Shown here piece after piece: positions 33,171-45,624 of a stretch of 64,000 nt of DNA. Below the pieces are notes generated by a model. It ran no database searches and was not told the DNA's origin. It was given only the letters and a program-made list of their open reading frames with translations. The translations under genes and the position numbers were made by a program. The DNA comes from the human T2T-CHM13v2.0 reference genome, Homo sapiens: assembly GCF_009914755.1 (NCBI RefSeq), contig NC_060927.1; one strand, 5' to 3'. The first letter of the stretch is position 1, and each line of letters starts with the position of its first letter.

Positions 33171-36100
33171 ATAATTCCAGCAACAAATACCTGTTAAGCT
33201 CCTATTCCATTCCAATTACCGTGAATGAGGGAAATTGTCCCCCACTTCATGGAATTTAGAGTATTTTTTTCACACTAGAAGCCCTGACCCATCTAAGGGT
33301 TGGGAAGTCAATGCAGTAAGGTGTGACCAGATTTAGTTTTACATGAATTCGAATATGATTTTACAAAATAAGAGTTTTATGAAACTTTCTTTCCCTTGCA
33401 TATATTTTTATATGAATGTTTGGCCTATGTCTTGATATAAAAGTATTTCTTATGAGTCTAGTGAGAAGATTAGCAATTAAACAGCAACCTCAATACAGTG
33501 CATAAGATAAATGCAGTGAGTGTCACGGGCACGTGCGAATGTCACCCGACCCAGTAAGGGCAGGTACAGAGAATCAGGCAAGCCTTCCCTGGGGAAGTAA
33601 CATTTAAGCTGAGACTTGAAGGATGAGTAAAAATTTACCAAAAGAAGTGGGGTGGAGGAGGAGAAACAGTTCCTTTAAGAGCAGTGAGTAGACCTGGGTG
33701 GGTAGGGGAGTAGTTAATGAAGCAAGGGAGAAACTTGTTCAGATTTGCATTTTAGTAAGGCCACTCTGGCTGCATGAAGAGAATGGGCAGGAATCAGTTG
33801 GGAAACTTTAGTAATTTCAGGACACAGCGGCCTAGACTGGGGTGGGGGCAGTGTGTATTTGAGAGGGATCTTGTACTTACGTAGAATTGACAGGACTTGT
33901 TGATTGATGGGGAAAGGTGCTGGAGCCAGAGCACAAAGGTGCTTATCCCACACTTCTGATGTCTAATTTACAAAGGTTTCAAGAGACAAATCTAAGTCTG
34001 AAAGCTCCAAGCTCCTAACTTGAAAAAATGTCCCTGTAAACAGGAAGACAGAATCTTTCAATCACTTTGCAAATCATCTCCCTATCCTGCTGGACATATC
34101 TGCAGGCTGTTGCTGGGCCTAGGAGTTGGCAGGGCTTCCTGTTCCAAAGTGGGAGGGTTCCTGGCAGGAGATGGAAGGCTGGAAACAGAAAGGAAACTGG
34201 GCTAGCCAGGCACCTTGCATGAAGAGAAAAGAAGGGAAACCTGGTACTTTCCCATCTGATCCAGAAATTATCTGGTCGGAAAATAATTTAAAAGTACAGG
34301 TAATTCAAAGATGTTTATATTTGGCTTTGAAATGCCATGCATTTTTGGCACTAGACTTACTTTGCCAAACATTTTTCTTAGGCCTTATTTTGCATTCCCT
34401 GAACATGGACCATCTGGGCAACAGGGGGATGAGCCCAGAGCTCAGAGGGAGTCTGGGTGGGTGGCTGAGGAGGTCCTAATATTCAAAACTTGGAATGAAA
34501 CCACAACTCTCTCTCATCACCCCAGGTGATCAGTACTTATCTGTCTACCTGTGTCCTGCCACAGAGCAGGGAGCTTTTTGTGATCTAAGCCATGCCATGT
34601 CATATGGTGAACTGAAAAACAGCTATCTAATTCCCAGCACACCAAATGTTTCCTACTTACATCTTCCTACTCACAGGGCCACCTCCACCCCGCTGGAGTG
34701 GCAGGCAGGGCTCCACAGCAATCTCAAAATCAAACCGTATTTGGAGCACAAGACAGGCTGTTTACAGATGTTACCATAAAAGACAATTTAAATAATCATC
34801 AGTACCGTTTTACAAAACAGCTGGCCAGACCGGAAGGCCCCTTTTCCAGTTATTCCTAAGATTGCTGCTTCCAGAGGAGTTGAAAGGTTAGATTACCTTC
34901 CCTGGCTCAGGTCTACCTAGCACAGGAGAGTCGTGCCTCACAGAAATCACTTCAAAAAGGATCTCAGCACCACATCCCACTAGGGCTTAGAAGAATCCTC
35001 AGGGTGGCAGCCACTCCCTACTTAGGAATCCCATGCATTCCCCTCTTCTTCCATCTGGACTGTGCCACGCCAGGGAATTCATTTGGTCCAGGCTAGAATT
35101 CACTGGGAACAATTAGCAACAGGCCCAAATCTGGAAGTTCAGAGAAATTGGTTCTCTCCGATTTGTTATAAAATTAAGTAATATTTTTCACAATCACCAC
35201 AGAGAAAAGGGCATTTCCTAGTTTCCCAGTTCTTACAGGTCAGAATGGTTGGTTCACAGGAAATCCTTAGTAGGCGCTCTGTGATGCATCTATGTTTTTC
35301 CAAGTGTTGGTATTTTTCATTTAATAGAACCTTCTTCCAAAGGAGATTAGCTGCCAGACTCAGGCAGCCCGTACGTTTTTGAAAACGCCAGCATAGGTTT
35401 GACTCAGGTACCTGAAATATCTAAGGAAGCAAAGGCAGCGGATGTGCCAAGGGCACCCTCACCTGATATCTACCTCTTCCCCTCCTTTAAGGTCCCCTTG
35501 ATTGGAGGTGGCGGAAAGAGTCTCTGGTGGCTCGCCCAACCCTTTAGAACATTCGCCCCTACCCGCTTCCCCTGTCTCCTTGCCAGGCAGGAGTCCTTTC
35601 TCGCACTTACCCTCCATTCCCCTTACACACACCTCGCTGAGGTCATCCTCAGCGTGCAGCCCGGAGGGGAAGGGAAACGTGAGCTAAAGCAACAGGTTCC
35701 ACCCACAGCCTGAACTTGGAAGGGGATGCGGCGGCGGCAAGGCGGCTGGAGCTGCGCGGTGGAGGGAGAGGAAGCGGCGAGGAGGAAGGTGGAAGGGAAA
35801 TGATGGTGCATGACCACCGAGCACACGTCACTCGGGCTCCCACATGGGCTTGTGTATGTGCGTGTGTGAGGGGAGGGAGGTCCTTCACAGGGTCACTCGG
35901 GCACTTCCGCGTGGAATAGGAGGCGCCAGGCTCGTGCTTTGGGATGCCGGGTGGCTTCGGCGGGGTAACGAGTCACGCAGAGACGGCTTGAGGCAAGCCA
36001 AGAAAATACGGGTGTCGGCGTGAAAATACACCACTCTTCCCAGCGCGCCGCCCTTGCTAACTGGCTGGACCTGCGCCCCTAACGCCCAGTGCCCCCTTCT

Positions 36101-36511
36101 TTTGGGCCTATCTTGGCCCCTCCAACCCCATCCCAGCCTGCCTCCTGCTCCAGCCTGCCGCCGCGAAAACCGGGACTGCGGACTGCGCCGCGCCCGGCAG
36201 CCTCTGGGCATGCTCGGTGGCGGGACCGGCTCCACCGCCAGGAGGGCGCGTCCTCCCTCCCCTAGGGCGGTGACGGCGCCTGCAGCGACTTGCCGCCGCG
36301 CCCCGGCCAGGCACACCTTTTGGGGAGGCGGGGGACCACCCTGCCCGGCGTGGGCCGAGAGCGCCCCCCACCCCGAGCCTTCCGGCGGGTGGGAGGAGGG
36401 GCCGGCCAGGGAGACGCGGAGGCGGGAGTGAGACCTCCGACTGCCAGCGGTTCCTTACAAAGTAAAGCTCAGCTCGCGCGCGGACCCGGGCTCCCAGCCG
36501 CGGGCGGGGAA

Positions 36512-36558
36512 GGGGCGGGGCGGGGCGGGGCCGGGCCGGGCCGGGCCGGGGCGGGGGG
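36512..36558 (+). repeat. (GGGGC)n/(GGGCC)n pentamer array; tandem Sp/KLF GC boxes and G-quadruplex-capable tract
   Basis: ggggcggggcggggcggggccgggccgggccgggccggggcgggggg read directly. Confidence 0.85.
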
Positions 36559-37013
36559 TGGTCTCAGCGCCTAGAGCGAGATGCGAAATTAGTAGCCGCC
36601 CACCCCCTTCTCAGTTCCCGCCCCCAGGGAATTATAATTTCCTGGGAAAGTGTCTGGTTCTCGGAGAATCCTTGGGGCGGGGTAAAGGGGCGCGCCTGGC
36701 GCAAAATGGTTAATACAAAGTCTGCGCGCGCCGCGGGGCCCCTTGTATGAAAAGTGTGCGCGCTGGTGGCTGGGCACCCCTTTGCTAATTTGAGGGTTAG
36801 TTACCGGCAGGAAGTCTGGTTGTGCGAGAGGAAAGGCGGGCAGGAGGGAAGCCTCAGGCTGGTGCTGGCTCCCGCCCCCAGGCCTCCTTGGGGGACGCAC
36901 CTCTGACCCAGCGGGCGCAGGGTGCGGGGCACTGAGCCGGGGCATTTGGGGCGGGTGGCGGGAGGCTGGAGCAGGCTTGGCCCAGCAGCTCACTCTCTAC
37001 CTCCTCCCCCTAG

Positions 37014-37709
37014 GATTACCGAGAGGATGGGATGGATCTAGGCAGTGACGCCGGCAGCAGCAGCAGCAGCAGCCGCGCCAGTTCACAGTCCAACTCCACC
37101 AAAGTGACCCCTTGCTCCGAGTGCAAATCTTCATCGTCGCCGGGGGGCAGCCTGGACTTGGTGTCTGCCCTGGAGGACTATGAGGAGCCCTTCCCGGTCT
37201 ACCAGAAGAAGGTGATTGATGAGTGGGCGCCGGAGGAGGACGGGGAGGAGGAGGAAGAGGAGGACGAGCGCGACCAGCGAGGGTACCGGGATGACCGCTC
37301 TCCGGCCCGGGAACCGGGGGACGTAAGCGCCAGGACCCGCAGCGGCGGCGGCGGGGGCAGGAGCGCCACCACCGCCATGCCGCCCCCGGTGCCCAACGGC
37401 AACCTCCACCAGCACGACCCCCAGGACCTCAGGCACAATGGCAACGTGGTGGTGGCTGGCCGGCCGAGCTGTTCCCGGGGCCCCCGCCGGGCGATCCAAA
37501 AGCCCCAGCCGGCTGGGGGCCGGCGCAGTGGCCGCGGCCCGGCGGCTGGGGGGCTCTGCCTTCAGCCCCCAGACGGCGGGACGTGCGTCCCCGAAGAGCC
37601 CCCGGTGCCACCTATGGATTGGGAGGCGCTGGAGAAGCATCTGGCCGGGCTGCAGTTCCGGGAGCAGGAGGTACGGAACCAGGGCCAGGCGAGGACCAAC
37701 TCCACCTCC
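37014..37709 (+). CDS. SCHIP1: Large internal coding exon of schwannomin-interacting protein 1 (shared with the IQCJ-SCHIP1 read-through); 232 codons, phase 0-0
   Basis: The pyrimidine-rich acceptor ctctctacctcctccccctag ends at 37013 and the donor TCC|gtaagt starts at 37710. The translation [37 protein letters not shown]...[34 protein letters not shown] matches my recollection of SCHIP1 residues 22-253. Confidence 0.96.
37056..37073 (+). repeat. Coding (AGC)6 poly-Ser microsatellite; the exon also has poly-Glu (~37246-37263) and poly-Gly (~37344-37358) tracts
   Basis: Read directly from the sequence and translation. Confidence 0.9.
37668..37676 (+). other. SCHIP1: Alternative in-frame 5' splice donor (GAG|gtacgg) that removes 13 codons, [13 protein letters not shown]
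   Basis: The donor-like GAG|GTACGG lies exactly 39 nt upstream of the main donor. This fits the recalled SCHIP1 isoform lacking residues 241-253. Confidence 0.8.
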
Positions 37710-40199
37710 GTAAGTTGGCCGGGGTGCGTGCCCACGCGCGCACACACGCGTACACACCCCGCGCACAGCCCGCACGCCCCCTCCCTGCGCTCCCGCCCGC
37801 CCGCGGCCCCATTCATTCTTCCTCGAGGGTGGGGGCCAGGCCAGAGAGCCTGCCGTCTGCTCCCCTGGGGATAAGGTTGCTCGGTCTGTGAGCTGTCTGG
37901 GTTTGCAGGATGGGCGGAGAGGAAGGAGGAGCAGCCAGAGGGCAGCGGAAAGTCGGGTTAGTGGAACCGGCGACTCATTTTAATGGAATTACTTATGGAG
38001 ACCAGGTTGTGAGTCACTTGCCTGAAAATAAATCCGGGGAGATTCTGGCACCAAAAGTCAGTGCCTGCGGGGGATATTTCAAATCGTAATAGTTGTGGCT
38101 TTGTCAATCGTGGTGGCTCTCCTCTCGTTGCCACTAATGTCTCATCCATATATAGGCTTGTTCCTATGCACACGCACACATTCGCCTGCCCACACCACCG
38201 GTCTGGCAGCGGGGTTCGTTCCGTCTTGTGTTAAGCAGATGCTCCTGTATTTGAATGGGTTGATTTTCCTCCTCTAAGACTTTCTTCCTTTATGAAACCC
38301 GAGTTATTGTTGACCTGGGGGAACGGGGTAAATGGACCTGTCAGGATAAGGGAGGGGTTCTTCCCTCGGTCGCCTGACTCACTCCCTCTGCTGTGAATCC
38401 CTCCTTGTTTTGATAACGGAGCCACTTACAGTTTCTTCCCGGAGGCTACTGCCTCAATTCAGGAAAGCCAGACAGGGAGGGGTGCTGGAGTGGAAAAGAG
38501 GGAGGGAGGAGAGGAGGGCTGCATCTATAATAAGAAGCACTGGCAGGTTCACACTTGTCTCAACATCTTTTTTGCCCCTGAGAGAAGAGCAGATAAATGA
38601 CTTAAAAGAAAACCATCATGAAGGTAGCTCCCCTGTTTAGCACTGCTTTGAGATAAAGCAACAGTTGTAATTTGAAATCATTAATGATGACCCTAATTAG
38701 GGCTGAAGGGCGTAGTTGAAAGGAGCTGCTTTCTGTGTGTGGCAGCTGTGTGGCAGGTGGGAAAATGCTTGCCTTGCGGGTGTAATTTTTGCGACACCAG
38801 GACCCCGGGGCTCCTGAAAATTGGGTGCATGCACTTCTGACTTCAGGGGTGAGGATGGTAACTGTGTTTCACAGAGAAATTGCCATGGTTCTATCAGAGA
38901 GCGCCCTTGGCTGACAGAGCCTGCTGGTTAGTTTCCCTTGGGAAACTACTTAATAAATTAGCATACTCATTTTAATTCCAGCTGTTTAGGAGTTTACCAT
39001 GGCCATTAACAGACGTGGAATCTTTCCATTACAGTCAATACTATCTCTTATACCTTGCAATAGAAAATATCCTTTTCCCACTTTGTGCTTGAGAAAAATA
39101 CCTCATTAATACCTGGGCTTGAACAATGAGTGGGAAATAAGCAGGAGGTTAGTTTGCTATTGCGTGACATTTATACATTCCAGGAAAATTTAGTACTTGG
39201 GTATACATGCAAAGTTAGGGTTTGATGGTGACAATGAGCTCCATTATTCAAAAGTTGTGGAACAAATTGTTTTTGAGCACCCATGTATGTGCTGTGTGCC
39301 AGGGATGGTTCTGAGTGCTGTAGTTACACATCAGTCCACATGGGGCTGAAATTCTGGTGAGGGAAGGGTAGGGATACAGACTGCCTTCCCTCCAGGAACT
39401 TAAAATTTGATGGCTTACCTAGCACCACCTCATACCCCCACCCCCAACGCATCTTCTGGTTATTGTGAAGACTATGAATCTTTCCTTCTTGGGCAGTCTT
39501 TGAAACCAATGGTGTATCCTCACCTAGTGAACAGTTTGCATATTTGCATATTTGGGTTTCTTTCCTTCACTTCCAGCTTTCCTGGAAATGCCCCTTCTGG
39601 TCATTTCCTCTACAAGTTACACAGAGAAATTTAGATTTCATTGTGTCAAAGCAAGGATGTATACAGAAAAAAGGGAGAAGGAGGTAGCATTTGAGGTTAA
39701 TGGTGGATTTTTTCATGTTTTGGTTTGTGTTTGAACAAAATTACTAGTCAGTGTTGGTTTAGAATACTGTTTTTCAAACAGTAAGTTTCCCATGAAATCA
39801 CCTTAGCATTTAAAAAAATGAAATAAAATAGAATGTATGATAGTGTATTGCAGGGAGTCATAGTAAAGTTGGTAATTTTTAAAACTTTAGTTTTATATGT
39901 ATGGTGGGTTGCAACATAAAGTTTACTTCTCACTATGGGTCGCTGTTATAAAAGATTGAAAAGCACTGATTTAAATCCTGTTTAGTGCTGCCTGGAGTAC
40001 GTAAGGGAATTTATGACCATGAGGACAGAAACCGGAGAAGAACAAAGGAGCCGTGTGGAAGAGAAGGCCTGCCTTGAAGGAACTGTTCAAATCCAATGAT
40101 ATTTTACTCCTCTTTAAAATGTCTTGTATGAATATATTTAAGTGGCATTAATACACACCACTAGGAATGGGGTATACAATGAAAAGGGGATAGCTTCTC

Positions 40200-40564
40200 T
40201 TCACCAAGTAAGCCTATTCCTACTTCAGGGCTTTTGCCCTTCTGTAACCTCTGCTTGGAAGCAAGTGTCTGGTTCCTTCTCATCATTCCAGACTCAGTTC
40301 AACTCTCACCAGCTCAGAGAAGCTGTCCCCCACCACCCTTCCTAAAGTAAAGTAACAGCACTGCACCCCAACTCCAGCACTCCTGGTGTATTGTTTTCTT
40401 AGTGCTTGTCACTATCTGACATTATCTTATTTAGTCCTCTATTTTTGGTCCCTCTGAAATGTAGGCGGGAGTTCTTGCCTGTTTTTTAACTCTATAACCT
40501 ATTGCCTGGAACATGCCTGGGATGGAGTAGGTTCTCAAATATTGAATGAATGAATGAATGAATG
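40200..40564 (+). mobile_element. L2 3' end with (GAAT)n tail
   Basis: acttcagggcttttgccc...gcctggaacatgcctggg...ctcaaatattgaatgaatgaatgaatg. Confidence 0.8.
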
Positions 40565-42001
40565 TTTATGACAACAACACAACCCATACCTAATCCAACT
40601 CCCATTTTACAGTTGAGAAAATTGAAGCCCAGAGAGGTTAAGTGATTTGCCTCAGACCCAGTGAGAAACTTATGAACAGGGTTTTGTTCTTTCTTGTGAC
40701 ACCAGACTAGTTCCCCGCCCCCTTTTTTAATGCTTAAAATAATTTGAAATAAAAGGAAAGGAAGGAGCTCCCACCTCCCTGAAACTTAAAGGGTTTCCTA
40801 TTGACAAGTCTCTTATTGCACTTCCTTAGAATTAAGGACATAAGTAAACTGGGAAATCATCAAAACCCCCTTACTTATGAGTCTTCTTTTGTAGACAGGG
40901 TTTTGTATTGTTTTGTTTCAATGACATACTATTGGGTTCTGCAGAGCAGGGTAGTGACAGAATCCATGTCTCCTCACTCCACATCCAGTGCTCTTTCCTT
41001 CCTCTTAGTTGTGGTGATGCACGCAGAAGGATGACTGAGGTCTCAAAAATGGGATGACAATCAGCTATCCCTAATTCAGATAAGATTGAGAGGCAAATTT
41101 AAAAATGCACAATGTTTAGGTGGGATTTAAAACCTAGCACTGACCTTCACTTTGCGATGGGTTTAGAAAACTAATCTCTCTCTTGGTATCTGTGGAGGAT
41201 GATGAGCTTGGATGCTGTCAGGAACTATCTTTGGTGTCACAGCATGGAAGGGCCTGGGGAGTCCTGATGGAAACACTCTAGTGACTGGATCCTTGCTCCA
41301 TCTCAGAGCTGGGGGCTCAAGACAGACCTCCAGCACCTGGTCCAGCCCTCCACTGTGATGTCATCACCTGGGACAGCCATATCCCCAGTAGTTCGCATTG
41401 TGCCTGGCACAAATAAATGCTTGAAACATGCAGAGAGGGTGAGGGGCTCTACCCAAAAACCAGAACTACTCCCAGAAGTGCCCCTTCCATGGGCAGCCCC
41501 TGCTCATCTGGTGTCAGTGTGCTTCTCACAGTCCTGCCCTGGGCTTGTATTCCGTCTTGTGCGTGAACACTCTTAATAAATTCAAGGGCCATAGATGGAG
41601 TAAAGAAAGGTTCTGGGGTTGGTGCCTTTGATGTCAGATTAGGAGTCCTGCTTGCAGAAGTTCATGTTTCTCTTAAATTCTTATCTTCTTGCCTACTCTA
41701 ACTCTGGTGCACAGGACTGGACAGTTTTCCCTCTTATGAGAGCGGGCCACAAACAGTCGGCTTTCTCTCTTCTGCTTCTCCAGGACCTTAGTGCATCACT
41801 GTAGCCCTCTTGCTCCTGTTCAAAAGGCTCTGTGGACCTGTTGCCAAGTGGGGTGGGAGGGGGGGCACTGCCTCAGTGTACTCTTCCTCCTAAATGGAAT
41901 ATAATTACACATCTTTTTCTCTGTGTTTGTCCCTGAGGCTTCCTGTCCTTCATGGGACGTGTTCCTCCATGTCTAGCCTGTTCCCTGTCTCTGGAGACTC
42001 A

Positions 42002-42342
<341 letters not shown>

Positions 42343-43260
42343 AAAAATAGCTTTATTAAGGTATAAGTGACATACATCAACTGTACATAGTTAAAATGTA
42401 CAATTTGATGAGTTTTGACATATGTATGGCATATGTATGTGTTTTGACACACCTGTGAAACCATCATGAACATCAAGATAATGAACATATTTAGCATCCC
42501 CAAAAGTATCCTTGCACTCCTTTGTAATACCACCATCTTGTCCCTAGGCAACCAACTGATCTGATTTCTATGTTATAGATTAGTTTATGCCTTCTAAAAT
42601 TAACATAAGTGGAATCACAGTATGTGTGGATTTTTGTGTGGCTTCTTTAACTCAGAAAGTGATTATTTTGAGATTCATCCATGTTATTGTATATATCAGT
42701 GGTTCGTTTGAACTCTTGCTGAGTAGTGTTCCATTTTGTGGATATACCATTTTCATCTGTTGTTATACATGTGCATTGTTTCTAGGTTTTGGCTATTACA
42801 AATAACATTGTTATGGACACATGTATACACTTTATCTATTTATTTTTGGGGTGAAGTTTTGCTCTTGTCACCCAGGCTGGAGTGCAATGATGCTATCTTG
42901 GCTCACTGCCACCTCCGCCTGCTCAGTTCAAGTGATTCTCCTGCCTCAGCCTCCTGAGTAGCTGGGATTACAGGCAGCCACCATCATGCCTGGCTAATTT
43001 TTGTATTTTTGTAGAGACGGGGTGTCACCATGTTGGTCAAGCTGATCTTGAACTCCTGACCTCAGGTAATCCGCCCACCTTCGCCTCCCAAAGTGCTGGG
43101 ATTACAGGTGTGAGCCACTGTGCCGGGCCTGAATATACACTTTCATTTCTCTTGGGTAAATAACTAGAAATAAGAACGGCTTGATCACGTGGTAGGTGTA
43201 TGTTTACCTGTGTAAGAAGCTGCCTGTCTTCCAAGGAAGTACTATTTTACTTTGCCATCA
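42343..43260 (-). mobile_element. L1M (L1MB-like) 3' UTR, interrupted by an Alu
   Basis: acagctttatt-type terminus, tacaatttgatgagttttgaca, ttttgagattcatccatgtt, ttcatttctcttgggtaaata. Confidence 0.85.
42834..43129 (-). mobile_element. Alu (AluSq/Sp-like)
   Basis: Reverse Alu body; TSD tatacacttt. Confidence 0.95.
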
Positions 43261-44732
43261 CATGATGCTTAAATCACTGAAAGAGGTTTCCCCTTTTCCC
43301 ATTGCTCTATTCCATCTGCATCCTGCTTTCCAGGACACCTCCCTTCAGGTGGCTGGGTGGCTGCTCCCTCCCTCTTAAGAGAAAACAACAAGAGAGCAAG
43401 GAGATCACTTGTCACATCCAACCAGTCTTTACTCCTGTTGTTTAAAAAAGGAAAGGAATCATTTTTAAATTAGAGAAGAGCTCTAGCTGTAGACTCAACA
43501 CATTTTAAGTGCAGTTTTATTATTTTTTAGTGCCTCTGACAGGTGCATTTTCCTCATTTAATGAGAAGATAAGAACAATTTTAATTGACACGTTAATTGA
43601 AAGCAAATTCTTCTGACGAAGTTATTTCCAAAGTACTTGAAAATAATGTGTCTTTTTATTTGTTTATACTATTAGCTAGTAGCACACTTTTTAAATTACC
43701 TACATTTCTTCCTAGAATGGTACTAATTATAGGTTATTTTCAATGTATTATTCTGTAAGAATTACAGCCCAGTTACTTCTTCCCCATCAATGACACACTA
43801 CTAAAGTAGCTTGAATGGCTGAGTAGTTTATTTCCTTAGTTACTTGGGCTATGTTTAAATTACACAAGTGTCTGTTTTTGTAGACTGAATTAAGATGTCT
43901 TTAGTATTCCTACAAAATACAGTAAAGTTTATAAGTTTAATAAGTTGTGTGATTCTGCAGCCTGGGGCACAGCATTGAAAACATTCTGTGTGGAATGCAG
44001 CTATCACTTATTCCTGTTAGTTAGAGAGCATGACATGACAGTGTTAAAATTTTTTTTTCTTTTTACTGTAACTGGAAATTACCAGGGTGAAATGTATTCT
44101 GTGTTTCAACCTTTTACCTTGAAATATCTAGTACTATAATGAAAAGTTCTTTGCCTACTTTCCTATTTATGATGATTTTTGCTTAAGAGCTGCAAAGGCT
44201 GCTCTGTCTACTGGCATGTACTCTAGACTTCAAAGAAATATGGTTAGGTTTTTGTCTTTGTTGTTTTTTTTTTTTTTTAAATTAGGTTGCAGGCAAACCA
44301 CATGTAAACAATTCTTAAAATTTTGAAAATATACCATTAGTTCTGGGGCTATCTATGTGTATATACAATTAAGTTATTATTGGATGGAGCATTGTATTTT
44401 AGAACAGTCTTTGAAAATGTAGTTTGATTAAAATAAATCTTTGCCTACCAATTAGTTTGTACATAGTGGACCTTCAAGACATCCTCAGGAAAATTTTCAG
44501 GATGCACATCTAAAAAACAGAGGCAGATATCCTCATCACACTTGAAGAGCTTCTTGAACAACTCACCACTGGCATCACCTCACCTCCCTCCATCCCTTCC
44601 TGCTCTGCCTGCATTTCCAGTTCCAGACTCCTTGCTGGCATTCCTGACAGAAATCTTACACCTGACAAAAATCAGGCCAGACTCATCAATTTCTGATTTT
44701 GGTTCCCGGCTCTTTTGGTGACATCATAACTA

Positions 44733-45013
44733 CTTTTTTTTCAGACAGTCTCGCTCTGTCGCCCAGGCTGCAGTACAGTGGCACAATCTCGACTCGCTGC
44801 AACCCCCATCTCCCAGTTTCAAGCAATTCTCATGCCTCAGCCTCCGGAGTAGCTGGTAGTACTACAGGTGCCCACCACCATGCCCAACTAACTTTTTAGG
44901 GATGGGGTTTCTCCATGTTGGCCAGACTGGTCTCGAACTCCTGACCTCAAGTGATCCACCCGCCTTGGCCTCCCAAGTGCTGGGATTATAGGCGTGAGCC
45001 ACCACGCCCGGCC
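44733..45013 (-). mobile_element. Alu (AluS-type, middle region shortened)
   Basis: TSD cataactactttt on both sides. Confidence 0.93.
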
Positions 45014-45246
45014 CATAACTACTTTTATCTTGAATTCTCTCTTGTCTTCTTATGGGTATGTCTCTTAACAGTCCAACTATCTTAAGTCCTCCCTCCCCCT
45101 TAAACACATATTACACATTCCCTGAAGTGTAGACATTTTATATACAGTTGTTATCTGGTTGGTTAATGTATTTTGTGCCAGCCTTTCTCTTTAGTTCTTT
45201 AATTTACTCAAAGTTGCTACACTATAAACTTTCTTATTAGTGCTAA

Positions 45247-45624
<378 letters not shown>

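Larger units (their letters stand above)
35740..37860. promoter_or_regulatory. CpG island and probable internal (alternative) promoter of SCHIP1
   Basis: Very high GC and dense CpG against an AT-rich, CpG-depleted background. Contains GC boxes, an ETS-like cacttccg (~35902) and a half-CRE cacgtca (~35825). Confidence 0.9.

Noticed and set aside
35800-35919. Upstream ORF MMVHDHRAH..., superficially like the MVH start I recall for a short SCHIP1 isoform
   Set aside because: Only three residues match, it ends at an in-frame stop, and I see no convincing donor linking it to the exon.
37131-37775. 214-aa antisense ORF and other overlapping ORFs across the CpG island (35399-37891)
   Set aside because: Shadow ORFs expected from very GC-rich, stop-poor sequence opposite a real exon; the products are low-complexity with no recognisable domain.
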